Below, one piece after another: positions 26,401-41,400 of a DNA stretch of 64,000 nt. The notes under the pieces are model-generated. The model saw nothing but the letters and a program-made list of their open reading frames with translations. It made no database searches and was not told the origin of the DNA. The DNA is from Malacoraja senta (lineage: Eukaryota): NCBI GenBank assembly GCA_038087875.1, contig JAXLNO010004592.1, positions 310,001 to 374,000 on the forward strand, read 5' to 3'. Position 1 is the stretch's first letter. Each line of letters opens with the position of its first letter. A program made the position numbers and the translations under genes.

Positions 26401-29400
26401 AGAGAGTATGCACATCCTGGGTGGGAATGGCCCGGCTTATTTTCATAGATCCCAAACAGCGTGAGTTCTCATTTAGAGCCCATAAAAAATAATGAAATAC
26501 TATAAATTAGGCTAGCTACAAATAATTCTGCTCAGATCTGTCAGTTGAGATCCTAATACATTAGTGGAACTCTACTTTTGTGTTTGAAGGGCAGACAAGC
26601 TGAAAGAGGCTGCTTTCAAACTGGAATTGGCTTCATTGCAATAAGTTGGAAGGTCATACATTGAGACCCTGAGCTCGCCATTGTTGCCAAAAAATGAAGG
26701 AACAATGATTAACAGCTACAGGGAGAGATGGGATAGACTTTGATTGTTTCCCTTTGGAGGTTGGGAGAAGACAATAGAAATAAAAACAATTATGAGATGC
26801 ATAGATAGGATAGATGGTCAGTCTTTTTCCCAGGATGGAAATGTCCAACACTAGAGGGCATAGACAGATTTGTTATTGCAAGGAGCAAACTTTGACACCG
26901 TGTTCTGGTACTGTGTTATCCATTTAGCCCTGTTTGCTTTAATGCCTTGGGGGAAGGGGAGGGGGTGTTGTGAACTGAAGGGCTTAGTTCTGTGCTGTAT
27001 CTCTCTGTGAGACTCTGTGATCTTTTACAATGTTTGCCTTTTCCTTAGGTTTTCTGACAATGGAATTGGATTAACACTTGCAAGGTAAGCACATGTGGTT
27101 TTTGAAACCCATTTCAATAAAACAGTCTGGGTCCGTTTGAATCAGAATGAAGAAAAGTCCTGACCCGAAATGTTAGCTGTTCATTCCGTTCATAGATACT
27201 GCCTAACCTGCTGAGATCCACCAGTCTTTTGTTTTTTTGCTCAAGATTCCAACATCTGCGATCATTGTGTCTACGTAAAACAAAACTTGTTTTTAACATT
27301 TTTATGAAATCATGATAAAGGATTAAAATTGAGGTTCCAGCAGGCAATTAAGATTGCAGGGAAGTCTTAGGAATGCTGAGGTGCAGAAAAGGGGACTGAC
27401 AGTGATGCTAAAAAAATACATTTTATATCTCTGATGATTTTATATTGGATGAAGGAAAAATTGAAGGAGATGAGAATTTGTAGATAAGAAAGACAGAGAA
27501 CAAATTAGCAAGAGTATAAGTAGTCCAGGCACTAAACACAAACAGGAAGGCATTGAAGAAATATTTGAGAGGAGCACCTATCCATTGAAACAGAGACAAA
27601 GACCAGAGGTCATAAGGGAGGGATAAAAGAGGAGAGAGAGAGATGGCAATGGAGGTGAGGTCCAAAGAAAAGTGGTGAATGTAGAACAGAATCATCTCCA
27701 ATAGAGAAAATACCTTAAACAACAGACAACGGAAGGTGAGTCCAAAGGGCAACAAAGTGGGGCTCAGAACAAAACTATTGGGATTGCACTGAGAAACAAA
27801 TGTCTCATAAACGTGTAGGAAGGAACTGCAGATTCTTGATTAAACCGAAGATAGACACAAAAAGCTGGAGTAACTCAGTGGGTCAGACAGCATCTCTGGA
27901 GAACAGGACTGGATATGAAGAAGGGTCTCAACCCGAAACGCCACCTATTCCTTTTCTCCAGAGATGCTGTCTGACCCGCTGAGTTACTCCACCTTTTTGT
28001 GTCTATCTTAAATTTCTTATACATTTCTATACAGTCGTGGGCCATGGCATCCAATTCTGTCAAAGACAGTGTCAAGAGGCACTTCTGAAACATGAGGAAA
28101 TAAAGTGTAAGTTGGCTTTATATATAGTGGCTTCCTATATCCTATGGAGTGGATTTATTTTGAAGAATACCCACTCTTGTGGTATAAACAAACTGAACAC
28201 AGTGGGATTAACAAGAAATGGACAGTGAGAATTTTGCATTTCAGTTATACAAACTACCAAGAAAATCCCTTGTTAGGTTTTGATAAATGGTCTGGATCTT
28301 TTACATCCCCTCTGAACAGACTTTAAGGCTGCATGCAGAAGATGGCATCTCTAATACAACTCTCCTTCAGCACAACACGCACACAGACCTAACCAGTTTG
28401 TCCCATTACTAACAATCCTTTGGCTTGCAGGTAAGACTCCTGATAATGGTGCCAAGCTGATATTAAACGTTTCTGTTTCCAGTGGTGGAACTTTTCCAGA
28501 TGATGACGGGGCCAAACAGGAGGTAAAGAACTCGCTGTTTGTTGGGGAGAGTGAAAACCGTGGAACAGAGATGCCAGACAACCTTTTCTGGGGTCCCGGT
28601 GGCTTGGATCACAGTGGACGAGCTCTTCCCAAGGGAGAGTAAGTAACTCAATGAGTCATCTACTCACTCAAGTATAAAAGTACTTCTCTGACTTTAATGT
28701 TTAAGAAAGAACTGCAGATGCTGGAAAAATCGAAGGTAGACAAAACTGCTGAAGAAACTCAGTGGGTGAGGCAGCATCTACGGAGCGAAGGAATAGGTGA
28801 CGTTTCGGGTCAAGACACTTCAGACTGAAGAAGGGTCTCGACCCGAAACGTCACCTATTCCTTCGCTCCATAGATGCTGCCTCACCCGCTGAGTTTCTCC
28901 AGCAATTTTGTCTATCTCTGACTTTAATGTTGCTTTCAAGATATGATTTAATGCAGCTGAGGAAGTAAGCTCCCTTCACTGTGCATTGACACACTACCAC
29001 TGTATTTATCAAGTGGGATTTGCACTCAATAGAGGATTGTGACCATCTCCTACCATTGGAACCTTAGGGCAGGAATACCTAATCAGTCATTGACTCTGCT
29101 GCAACTTCCAATTAGGTTTAATTTTAAGGTGTGCCTCAGTTCCACTGACCCCCTTAACTCCACATTCTGTCACACCCTTCAACAACAAAAATCCATCAAT
29201 AATGATCTTCAAAGATTCAGGTGGGGGTCAATAGTTGGTCACAGCTCCAGCTTCCCAGATATGATGTGATTCCTTGTATGTGAATACTTGGCCAATAAAC
29301 TTACTTACTTTACTTATGATCCTAACCTTGAATGTTGATTGTGCAAAGGTTGCACATATTCCAAGTTTGTGCAGGGTTCCTTCAAATGCACCGGTTTCTT

Positions 29401-32400
29401 CCCACAACCAATTATGTGTTGGGTTGTATGTTAACTAGCCCCTGTAAATTTGCCTCGTGTAGCTGGATGGTAGGAAAATCGGGGTGGGTGATGGGTATGT
29501 GACAGGGAATAGTTTATAAAGAAATTAGGGTGTAATTGGATTAATGGGATGGCTCTGAAGAATGACACATCTTTTTATAAGGGGCATCACAGGTAGATGG
29601 GGTGGTCAAGAAAGCTTTTGGTTCATTGGCCTTCATCGGGTGGGGTATTGAGTGTAGAAGTTGGGTTGCTATGTTACCGTCGTGCAAGAAGTTGGTGAGG
29701 CCACATTTACGGTGTTGTGTCCAGATTTGGTCAACCCTGCTATTGGAAAGATGTTGTTAAGCTGAAAAGTGTGCAGAGAAGATTTATGAGGATGTTGCCA
29801 GGACTCGAGGGCTATAAGGAGAGGCTGGACAGGCTAGGTCTTTATTGCAGGAGGCTGAATGCTTATAGAGTAGAGGTGTATAAAATCATGAGGGGAAGAG
29901 ATTGGGAGAATGCACACAATCTTTTACCCAGAGTGGGGGAATCAAGAACCAGTGGACATAGGTGTTAGGTGAGAGGGGACCTGAAGGGCAACTTTTTCAC
30001 TGAGGGTGGTGGGTATATGGAACGAGCTGGCAGAGGAGGTAATTAAGGCAGGCACTATAACAACATTTAACAGGTATTTTGGCAGGTACATGGATAAGAA
30101 AGGTTTAGAGTGATATGGACCAAACAATGAGACTAGTAGAGATGGGGCATCATGGTCTGCATGTAGATTCTAAAACTGTAAGACTCTAAGGAAATATGAA
30201 GTATGAATAATAAATATGGAAACAATCCGATTGCCTCAAAAAAGCAGAACTGGGGACTGAATTCTAGATGTTTGCTATCTTTACAAAAAACTGAAAATGT
30301 TGGAAAATATATAATTTTGAGTTGCAGAATAATTTGTTTCTTCACTTTCCCAGTTCTGACAATTATCTATGTTCCCAAAATGTCCCTCTCTCCAGGAATG
30401 CTGCCTGACCTGCTGTGCTTTAAGCATTTTCTGCTGGTTTTTTTTAATTTCTAGATTTTTGCTTCCTTCTGTGTATAAGTGCTTCTTATGTGGCTTCATT
30501 CCCTGCATACCTATTGACCCTCTCTCATCATAAAACAATTGTTGCAATTGCACTGCATTTGGATAGTATTCTGCTTCACTGCACCAAAGAGCTCTTTACA
30601 AAGTTTGTATTTAAGATATGTATTATTCATAAATTATGCCCAATGCGTGTGCTTTTATAAATTGGTTTACCCTGATGAGCAGGTACGAAGCAACAGAATA
30701 AGTTCACAGGTTTTGTGCCAAGTGAATTGAAGCATGGAAAGGTTTAAACACTGCGCTTCATAGAACATAGCACACACTACAGCACAGGAACGGGCCTTTC
30801 AGACACAATGTCTCTGCTGAACATGGTGCCCAGTTAATCTAATTTCCTCTGCCTGCACATGGCTCATACCACTCCATTCCCTGCATATCCATGTGCCCAT
30901 CCAAAAGCCTCTGTTGAAATGGAATTTACAAGATTGCTCTGAGTGTGACACAGACACGGCAGACCAATTGAATTATTTTTATAGGTCGCGTCACAAGTGG
31001 ATAGGGAGGTCAAGAAGGTTTTCATTCCATTGGCCTTCATCAGTCAGGGTATTGAGTTTAGAAGTTGGGATGTTATGTTACAGTTGTAGGAGACATTGAT
31101 ATTGTCACACAGCCCCTTCGATGCGTCAGTTCGTTAACCCACTCCCCTCCTGCTTCCTTGCATTCCAAACCATTTTATTTTCTTTCCCCATTTCTAGGAC
31201 ATTTCCTATGCGAGGGATACAGATCTACGATGGTCCAATAAACGTCGAGAACTGTACCTTCCGTAAATTTGTTGCTCTGGACGGTCGTCACACCAGTGCT
31301 ATTGGGTTCCGGTTCAACAACTCGTGGCAGACCTGTCCAAATAACAACTTGACCAACATCACATTCCAAGATGTCCCGGTAGGTCGTCTGATTATAGTAC
31401 CTCTCTCTATTCATGATTAGGTCAACGAATACAAACATTGTGTATTTAGTGGGGGTATTTTGAATGATAAAATATCTACAGAAATTATTAACACTAAGAA
31501 ATACTGTTTGGCTATGGCAGTGATAGAGCAAGGGTTTTAAGATGTATGTTCCTTTACTAAAAGTTAAAGGAACATACACCTGAAAGATTTACGAAGATGT
31601 TGCCAAGACTTGAGGGCCTGAGCTATAGGGAGATGTTGGGCAGGCAAGGTTTTGATTCATTGAAGCTTTGGAGGTTGAGGGGTGATCTTATGGAGGTGTA
31701 TATAATCATGAGGGGAATAGATAGGGTGATGGGTCTTTTACCCAGAATGATGGATTATTGTCAAGATGGTCTGTGGTGCAATCAGTTGAGCCTCCTGTTA
31801 CCGAATGATAACTCTAGTTGTGATGATTATAAACCAACAAAATGACCATTTCTATATTGAAAGTCATCTGTTTGTTTTGCTTTTGTGATGTATTTTACAT
31901 TATTGCTTGGATTCTGAACTCCTCCATTGCCCACTGCACATAATTACAGCTAACTTTAATAGAACAAATCTGACCAAAACAACATGAGGGGGAAGTGACT
32001 ATTGGCTTTGTTTTCTTCGGAGCATTGGAGGCTGAGGGGGACCTGATTGAGATGAACAAAACTGAGGCCATTAAATAGGGTGCATGTGGAAAACTTTCCT
32101 ATTGGAGATGTGCAGGACAATTTTTTTTTCACAGAGAGTGGTGGTGACCTGGAACTCATTGCTAGTGGTGGTGGTGGAGGCAGATATGATAGTGGCATTT
32201 AAGAGGCTTTTAGATAGGCACATGGAAGTGCAAGGTATAGAGGAATATGGAACATGTACAGGCAGATAAGATAATTTTAACTTGGCATCATGTTCAGCAC
32301 AAACATTGTGGGCTGAGGGGCCCATTCCTGTGCTGTACTATTCCATGTTCTATGTAACACTTGTTTGTCTCCACCTTTAAGATCACATCACGAGTCTTCT

Positions 32401-35400
32401 TTGGTGAGCCAGGCCGCTGGTTCAATCACTTGGATTTGGATGGTGATAAAACAACAATCCTACATGATGTGGATGGCTCGGTATCAGAGTATCCTGGAGC
32501 CTATATCGTTAAGCATGATAACTGGCTCCTCAGACATTCGGATTGCATTGATGTCCCAGACTGGCGATCTGCTATCTGCAGTGGTCACTACGCACAGGTA
32601 ACGCTCATAACTCCGGATATCCATCGTTCTGAATTTCCATTCATGCAGTTGCCTATTTTAAACTTTGCACTGTGCCGGCAGAAATAACATTACAATTGCA
32701 TGGGCAAAAAAAAGTAGCTCTCTATTCCTCCAACAAACATTTCAGAGGTGTGCCCACGATTTTTGTTTGTGATATTAAGTATCTGATGTGATGAATTGTG
32801 TCTGATAATTGAATATAATTTTTAATTTTTCGTATATAATATAATATATATATATAGCAAATGAGACTTTACATGATATAATTTAATTACACCATGGCAG
32901 AAACATGAAGGAAAATGTTGGCACAAACTAATTCTTGAAGCAGTTCAGTTTAAAGCTTTGGCAGCATCTGTATGGAAATATCACAAGCCTGTATGATGGT
33001 CTGGAAAATGTTCCACATTAAAATGAATGGATCTCACTCCAATTACGCCAAGTTCTGCATTGGCGCCGTCAACTTATAAAGTTGCCTCTGAAGCCACTGT
33101 TTGAGACACAGATTGCTATTCCCTCTGTGGTCCTAGTTTCTAACGCGAAGGTCGGCATTTTGGGTGGAAATCAGGCGGATCAATAAGTTCCAATAACTCT
33201 GGAACTAGTTCTCAGAGTTGATTAGCAAAGTCCCAGTTTCATCTAAAGATAGACACAAAATTCTGGAGTAACTCAGCAGGTCAGGCAGCTTCTCAGGAGA
33301 AAATGGACAGGTGACGTTTTGGGTCGGGACCCTTCTTCAGACTGATTGTGGGGGGTGGGGGGGAATCTGTCCTGTTTTTTTTCAGGCTTCCTATTCGCTT
33401 CCTCCCCCGCCCTCCCCCCCCCTCCCTAAAATCAGCCTTAAGGAAGGGTTTCAACCCGAAATGTCACCTATCAATTTTCCCTGACCTGCTGAGTTACTCC
33501 AACACTTTGTGTCTAACTTTGGTATAAACCAGCATCTGCAGTTCCTTTTTATACATTATCCCAGTTTCTTCTTCTGGCCAATTGATGAGGAAAAGAAAAA
33601 GATAATATGGAAGGGCCGATCCAGGAGACAAACTATTCAACAAGGATGCCATGTGTAGTCAGAATCATAGAGTGGCACCTGAGTAGGTTCAAGATCTCTA
33701 AAGCAACAATTACATTGACCTTAATCAATGGCAACTTGAAGATGTCGTTAATGGTTAAAGTACCCCTCCCTGCGGCTGCCAGAGTCTCAGCTGTATTGAA
33801 TCATTTCACTGTTGAATCATTGCAATTACCTGAAGTAGGACAGAGTATGCAAAAGCATAAAATACACCACCATTTAAAATATGTTTAGGAAGGAACTGCA
33901 GATGCTGGTTTAAACCGAAGGTAAGACACAAAAAGCTGGAGTAACTCAGCGGGTCAGGCAGCATCTCTGGAGAAAAGGAATAGGTAACATTTCAGGTTGA
34001 GACCCGAAGAAGTGTCTCGACCCAAAATGTCACCTATTCCTTTTTTCCAGAGATGCTGCCTGACCCATTGAGTTACTCCAGCACTTTGTGTTTTGCCAGG
34101 ACATGTTGTTCTCATCAATTCACTTTCAACTGATGGAGGTGCCAAGTGGACCAAGTTCACTGTCTGCTCATGTGGCGGTGATTACTCCCAGAGATGACAC
34201 ATGTTATGTGTTGTGCTGGTGCTAACTGCAGGACAAGTGGAGAGCTAGAATCCTAACACACATCTGGGCAGAAACAACTCTATCTCAGTTGAACAACAAC
34301 AGGTTTTAATTCATGGTTGAAAATGTTAAAAATTTTCATTCACATTTCAAAGAAACAGAATTTGGACAACTGCAAAATAGGCTCAACATTCTTCAGCAGC
34401 TACACGAGTCTCAATTCACCAAACTGGCAAAATCAAATTATGACCATACCTGACCTCTTCACTATCTTTTTTTAATGACTTAGATTAAAGAAAACTATAA
34501 ACTTCTTTCAGAATGTTGCGGCTTATTTAGCCACTCAAGCTTGTCTGCCATTGACCGTAATCACATCCATTGAACTAGTGCGTACAGGTGACTGATGATC
34601 GCCGTGGACTCAATGGGCCGAAAGGCCTATTTCCATGCTCAATCTCTAAACTAAATTAAACTAAACTGAACATCTAATTTATTGCTTAGCTCAATCAGCC
34701 CATATTGGTTCATAACCCTAACACCCATCAAACTTGAGTCATGGAGTTGTTCAGCACAGATGTACAATCTCTCTGACTCCGTTTCCCTTTCCCACCAATA
34801 CTCGGTCTCCTCGTCATGGCACCTTTCCTTGCACCACCTACCCGTCTACTTCATCCTTTCCTGCCACCAAAATACTCCGGGTCCCTTTTTACACCAGACT
34901 CCAGCATCTGCAGTCCCTGGTGTTTCCTGCGTACCCAAACACTTGCCTCAGTTAATCAACAATTCATTTGGACTTCGTCAAATTTAATGCACTGAACATG
35001 GTGCTTAAACTCTTCTCCACATAGGAGAACCCAAGCACAGATTGGCTGGCCACTTTCCAGAGCACTACCACCCTGTGCACATGTCAGAGCTTCTGATTGA
35101 CTGCTGCTCTAACCTACACCCCACTGCCCCTCTGACCTTGTAATCTTCATCTTGCAGCATGTTGTTTACCCATGTCGGTCCTCAATTGTCAACTGACACA
35201 AGACAACATTGTTTATCTCCCCCTCAAGCTTAGCATCTACTTTGTGCATCGATGCCATGGACAAACTTACCCTCTTTCCCGAGTTGCGAAAGCTGCCTCA
35301 GCCTGCCTTTGTACTAATTATTGTGCTTAACCAACGTTCACTGGTTGTTATGGTGCATTTACACAGTAGTGTTGAAGATTCACTATGTCTGTTATCCTGA

Positions 35401-38400
35401 GTGAAATTCACATTCCATTTTAACGATCAAGTCAACCGAGGAAATGTTAACAAACAAATCTCCACACTACATCTAATATCGAATTGTGAAAGGGCTCTAG
35501 ATTGTTAGTTAGAGCATAGACCAATATAGCAGGATAGGCCCTTCAGCCCACAATGTTTGTGCTGAACATGGTGCCAAGTTAAACTGATCTCATCTGCCTG
35601 TACATTATCCAAAATACCAAAACCTGACGTTGATGTTGCGGGAGAATTTATTTTACAATTTAAACCTTTTAGCCCCATTCGCAATGGACGAATAATCTGA
35701 AAGGTTTATAAGCTACATATTTTATCCTCGACTTCAGATTTGAAAATGAGCTGCTGTTATACAACAGTGTGCATCTGACATCATGTAGAGAAATATTTTA
35801 ATGGGGAATATTTTACCAACTTTTCCTATTATAAAAGGATATATATTGGAGAGATGGTAGAAATTCGAGCACATTCCTCTTTGAACCTCTGATGTGAGCT
35901 GTGACTGCCAGACATTACTGGCAACTGCTTTGTTTTTCACTCTGAGAGAAGTGAAAGCAGAAGTTTGATCTGAACTGCAGGATATACTGCAATTTCTCAG
36001 CTTGACTGTGGTTTATTTTGCTGGAAGGTTTACATTCAGGCCAAGCATCCATCAACGCTGAAGATGAAGATAATTAAAGATGAGTATCCCGATAAACCGC
36101 TCTTCTTAAAGGGAGCCCTGGGCAGACATTCCCATTACCAACAGTACCAGCCTGTGGTGATGCTACAGAAAGGATACACAGTGCACTGGGATGGACTCGC
36201 ACCCCAGGAACTCACCATATGGCTCATCAACTTCAACCAGTGAGTGGTATTTGTGATCCAAGTTGCGACACTTGCATAAGTCTTAGGAGCTGAATTAGGC
36301 CATTCGGCCCTTCGAGTCTACTACCCCTATAAAAATGGTAGAATTTTTTAAATTAAAAATATTAGGATAAAAATTAGATAAGAGCATCAAACCAACGTGG
36401 TTGTGGAGGCCAAGTCAATAGATATGTTTAAGGCTGAGATTGACATATTCTTGATTAGTAAGGGTATTGTGGGTCATGGGGAGACAGCAGGAGAATGGGG
36501 CTGAGAGGGAAAGATGGATTAGCCATGAATGGTGGAGTAGACTTGATGGGCCGAATGGCCTCATTCTGCTCCTAGAACTTATGAACATGAATTGTTAACA
36601 ACATAAGAATACAAGAACACAAATAATAAATCTAGTTTCTCCATTCAATAAAATCAGAATTGAACTGTTACTCAGTGCCACTTACTGGTGCTAATCCCAT
36701 GTCACTTAGATTTCTATTCCATAGAACATGCTACATAAAGTCAAGTTGTCATTGTCAAGCAAGATTCCCAAGCATAATGGCAGAGCAGATGTTATTGGGC
36801 TCGGAGGCTTGAGATTTATGCCTTACACAAGATGTCCAGCAGTCCCAATGTAGACAACTTGAATGCATTGAAACTGTACAGATGGTTTTGTGTTTAGGAT
36901 GATTTGGATTCAATGTTCTTTGTTGCCCTTGATCAGGATGTGAAATGCAAATACAATTGTGAAATACAACAACAAAAAAAAGCAAATCCAACACTGATTT
37001 TATTTTTTCCCCATTGAAATCCACGCCAGGAATGACTGGATACAAGTGGGACTTTGTTATCCTAAAGGCAGCCTGTTTAGCATCATATCGGACATCCATA
37101 ATCGCTTGTCGAAAAGGACGTTTAAGACGGGGACCTTTCAGAGGACGTACAAGATGAACAACCTGGATCACGGCCACCCGGGCAGAAGCTATTATTTCTT
37201 CGATGAAGACACTGGGTTTGTCCATCATATTTGTAAATGATACACAAAATACCAGGGATACTCGGCAGGTCAGGCAGCATTTGAGGATAAACAGATTTTT
37301 CAATAGGCGCTGCCTAACATGCTGAGTACCCCCAGCATTTTCTGTTTTTGTTTCATAGTCATAAAGCTACACAGCACAGAACCTAGACCTTCAATCCAAC
37401 CCATTTATGCGACAAAGTTGCCTACCTGAGTTTGTCCCATTTGCCAGCAATTGCCCCACATCCCTCTCAATCTTTCCTATCCATCTATCCATTCAGATGT
37501 CTTTTAAACATTGTAATTGTACCTATCTCTGCAACTTCCTCTGGCAGTTCATTCCATATATCCACCTGTGCCCCACCACCACGTGCTCCTCTTTAAATAT
37601 TTCCCATCTCGCCTTAAACCTCTGCCCTCGCGTTTTAGACTCCCTTAGAATCTTACCCTTGGGAAAAGATTGTGACCAGATACCATTTCAAAGCCCATCA
37701 TGATTTTCATAAACCTCTATAAGGTCATCGCTCGGCCTCCTTTGCCTCTGGGAAAACAGTCCCAGCTCATTCAATCTCAACTTATAACTAAAGCCCTACA
37801 GTCCTGGCAACATCCTAGTGAATCTTTTCTGCACCCTCGCTATCTTATTCACATCCTTCCTACAATGTGGCAACCAGAACTGCACAGAATACTCTTGGTG
37901 CAGCATCATCTAATACAATTGTAACATGATGTAACTCAGTGCCCCTACCAATTAAAGATAAGCATGCGATGTAACTACCTTTTTTATCTGTCACGTTCTA
38001 TCTGTCTATCTTTTCTATTGTCACGTTCATGGAAGTATGTACTTGCATCCCTAACTCTCTTTGTTCTACGCCATCCCCAGGGCCCTGCCATGCACTGTAA
38101 ATATCCTGTCCAAGTTTAAAGATAGCAGAGTCAGGGGATATGGTAAGAAGGCAGGAACGGGGTACTGATTGTGGATGATCAACCATGATCACAGTGAATG
38201 GCGGTGCTGGCTCGAAGGGTTCTCCTGCACCTATTGTCTATTGTTTATAACTCCCCAAAATCCACCACCACACATTTGTCCAGGTTAAATTCCATCTGCC
38301 ATTTCTTTGCCCACTTTCCCATTTGATCTAGATCTTGTAATCGTGGACAACCTACTTCACTGTCCACCACACCACCAATTTTGCTGTCATCCTCAAACTT

Positions 38401-41400
38401 AGCAACCAGATTTCCAGCATCTGTAGATGTTTCTAATTCAAATGTTTGTGACTTAAATGGCCATTGCTGCATTGCCATGTTGTAATTGAGATTATCTCAG
38501 GCAGGGAGAAAACCACACACATTATGGTGAAAGAAAGCTATCTAAATATTATTAAACTTCTCAATCTGTAGCCATTGGACTAAAATGTCAAGTGTGATTT
38601 TTATGATTTTAAAGCACTATTGCATGTCTCCTCAATGCTTTTTCTAAATACAAAAACATAGGGTCAAAAGTCATTTGTTTTCACAGAGAACAAAACCATA
38701 AAATTCTTGCAGCAGCTTGAAAGGCACATAAATGCAACAACACAACAAATAAAGATACAATAAACAATAGTACAACAAAGAGAGTGGAGTAGGAATAGGT
38801 CATTCAGCTACTCGGGCACTCCCTGCCTTGAATCAACATGATCAAGGCCCATCTGCCTGGGTCCCATCTTCTCATCTGTACCATTGGGCAGCACAATGGC
38901 GCAGCGGTAGAGCTGCTGCCTCACAGTGCCAGAGACCGGGTTCGATCCTGACCTTGGGTGCTGCCTGTATGGAGTTTGCACGTTCTCCCTGAACTGCATG
39001 GGTTTCCTCCGGGGGCGCCGGTTTGCTCCCACATCCCAAAGACATGCAGGTTTGTAGGTTAATTGGCCTCTGTAAATTGCCCCTAATGCATGTGGAGTGG
39101 ATGCGAAAGCGGGATAACATAAACTAGTGTATGGGTGATCGATAGTCGGAGTGGACTCGGTGGGCCGAAGGGCCTGTTTCCACGCTGTATTTCTAAAATT
39201 AAATCTCTAAAACTAAAACTACCAGTTTTTAAACTAACGCATCTATCCCCTGATCGTTCAAAGCCTTACCTGCCTACGCTAAAGCACAAAGAACCATTGA
39301 ACCATTTGCATACCCAATGATCTGACTTCCATAACCCTCCGAGAATCACCATCCTCTGCGAGGTTCCTGCACTGCTCCATTCTACAACACTTTCTTTATG
39401 ATGTTGTTCACGTGAATTCCTAGCCATTAGCTTTGCTGTTAGTGCAACTAAACACGGAGAAGAAAATTGTACAAATGTAATAAATTTTAAATTTATTAAA
39501 TTCAAATTTAATTTATTACATTTGTACAATTTTCTTCTGTTAGAAAATGTGATTAATGTATTAGTCTAACACTGATTGCTTTCATAAATCTGCTGCAGCT
39601 GGCTGACAAACAAGTGTATTTATCTCTTGCTCCTAAAGGCTTCTCTTCCTGAAAGTGAAAGCCCACAAGAAACGGCACACGTTTGCTTTCTGCTCATTAC
39701 AAGGCTGCGAGAGAATAAAGATCAAAGCCTCCTTTGCTGACAAAAGTAGGGTCAGCGACTGCGCATTGACAGCATATCCCAAGTACAGCCAAATGCCAAC
39801 GGTTGATGTCCCTATGCCAAAGAAATTACCAATAGCACAGCTGGTAAGTTGCTCGAGGCTCTGCCTGATATTTACCCTTTAATCCTCAAATTACTACAGT
39901 GAGAGTGAAGCATCTTTGAAATGTTTGTCTGAGCTGCAATATCTCATCTGGCACCGAAACAAATCAGAAAGTTATACGAGCAAAGATAGCAGATTGATAC
40001 AGGTCCGCTGGGCAAAGACCTCCGTGCCTCTCTGGAAGGCAGTAAAATCCACAAAAGGGATTCAAATATCGATTACATTAGGACACTGTCCGAAGAAGGT
40101 TCTCGACCCGAAACGTCACCCATTCCTTCTCTCCAGAGATGCTGCCTGTCCCGCTGAGTTACTCCAGCTTTTTGTGTCTATCTTTGGTTTAAACCAGCAT
40201 CTGCAGTTCCTTCTTACACACTGTCATAAAGAAGTTTGATTATAATTGTTTAGAGTCTTGGTGAGACCTTACCTGGTGTAGTGTGCACTGCTTTGATCTG
40301 TTATGCAATCCGTGGTCTTCCAGACCAAACACTCATACGCACGTATCTGTACACACATTAAAAAAATGTTTGCTTGGGTACATGCTGCATTGCTAGGAAC
40401 CCAGAGCAAACCTCTGCCTTCCTCAGCAAAGGATCATTGTGGACAGGTGAAGGTCGAACACACCACGGCCTATAGTCCAGCCACTCAGTGCTGAGATCAG
40501 GGGGTCAGGGCCAAACCTGGCTGGTACAGTAAGTGTGAGCATTGCTGGGGTACCTGGCTGTGGCTAATTGGATGTATCTCAGAGCTGGGGAGAAGTGTGC
40601 AGCCAAACAAAGAAAAGAAGAATCAGCTTCAATTCCTCCAACTGCCACTGCTAATCCCAGCACTACCCATGCCTACACTTTGTCACCCAGGCTGCAGCCC
40701 TTTATTCTCTCTCTCCTCTACCTCCCACTTTTCTTCCTTTATTTCTCTCTTCTGTCCTTTCCCTTCTTCGTCTGTCCTTTTCCTGCATTGCTTTTTACCC
40801 ATCACATGTGACATGCTTTATTTTGCACCAGTAAAACATTGTAAAAGACATCCGAGCATCTGAAAGTGCTTGGCACGTCAGGAATTACTCTTAATGTACC
40901 ATTATTAATTGGGCAGATACAATGTTTATTTATGCAAAGAAAAGTTTCAAAAAGATCAAGTGAAATAAAATAATGGTTGGTCAGGTTTGGCTTGTATTCA
41001 GTGGGTCAATTTCCTACTGCAACTTTACTGGTGCCAAAGTGTTCATCTGCATGAAGGTCATGGAATAATTCAATGAATTCTTAACTGTCACAACTTTCAA
41101 GAAATGCAACCTTTTGCTCAAAGCATCTGGGAACCAATGTTTGCAGCTTCCTTCAACAACTCCTATGGTGTCCAATTGTTGTTCCTCATTCAAGAATAGG
41201 CCTCTGTCCTCATGGGTCACACAACACATTCATTTCTCTTTTGGGGTTTACAGACAATGAGAGACCATAAAATTAAAGGACCTTGGGTGTATGTTGTGGA
41301 CAGGGGCTGTGGTGAATTGGCACGTTCTTTGGAAGAGGAGTGTTGGTCTGAGGTTGAAGAGAATTAACCAGAATGATGTAACAATCATAATGTAGTTAAC

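Noticed and set aside
36755-37303. 182-aa minus-strand ORF
   Set aside because: Antisense shadow of the CEMIP exon at 37030-37215.
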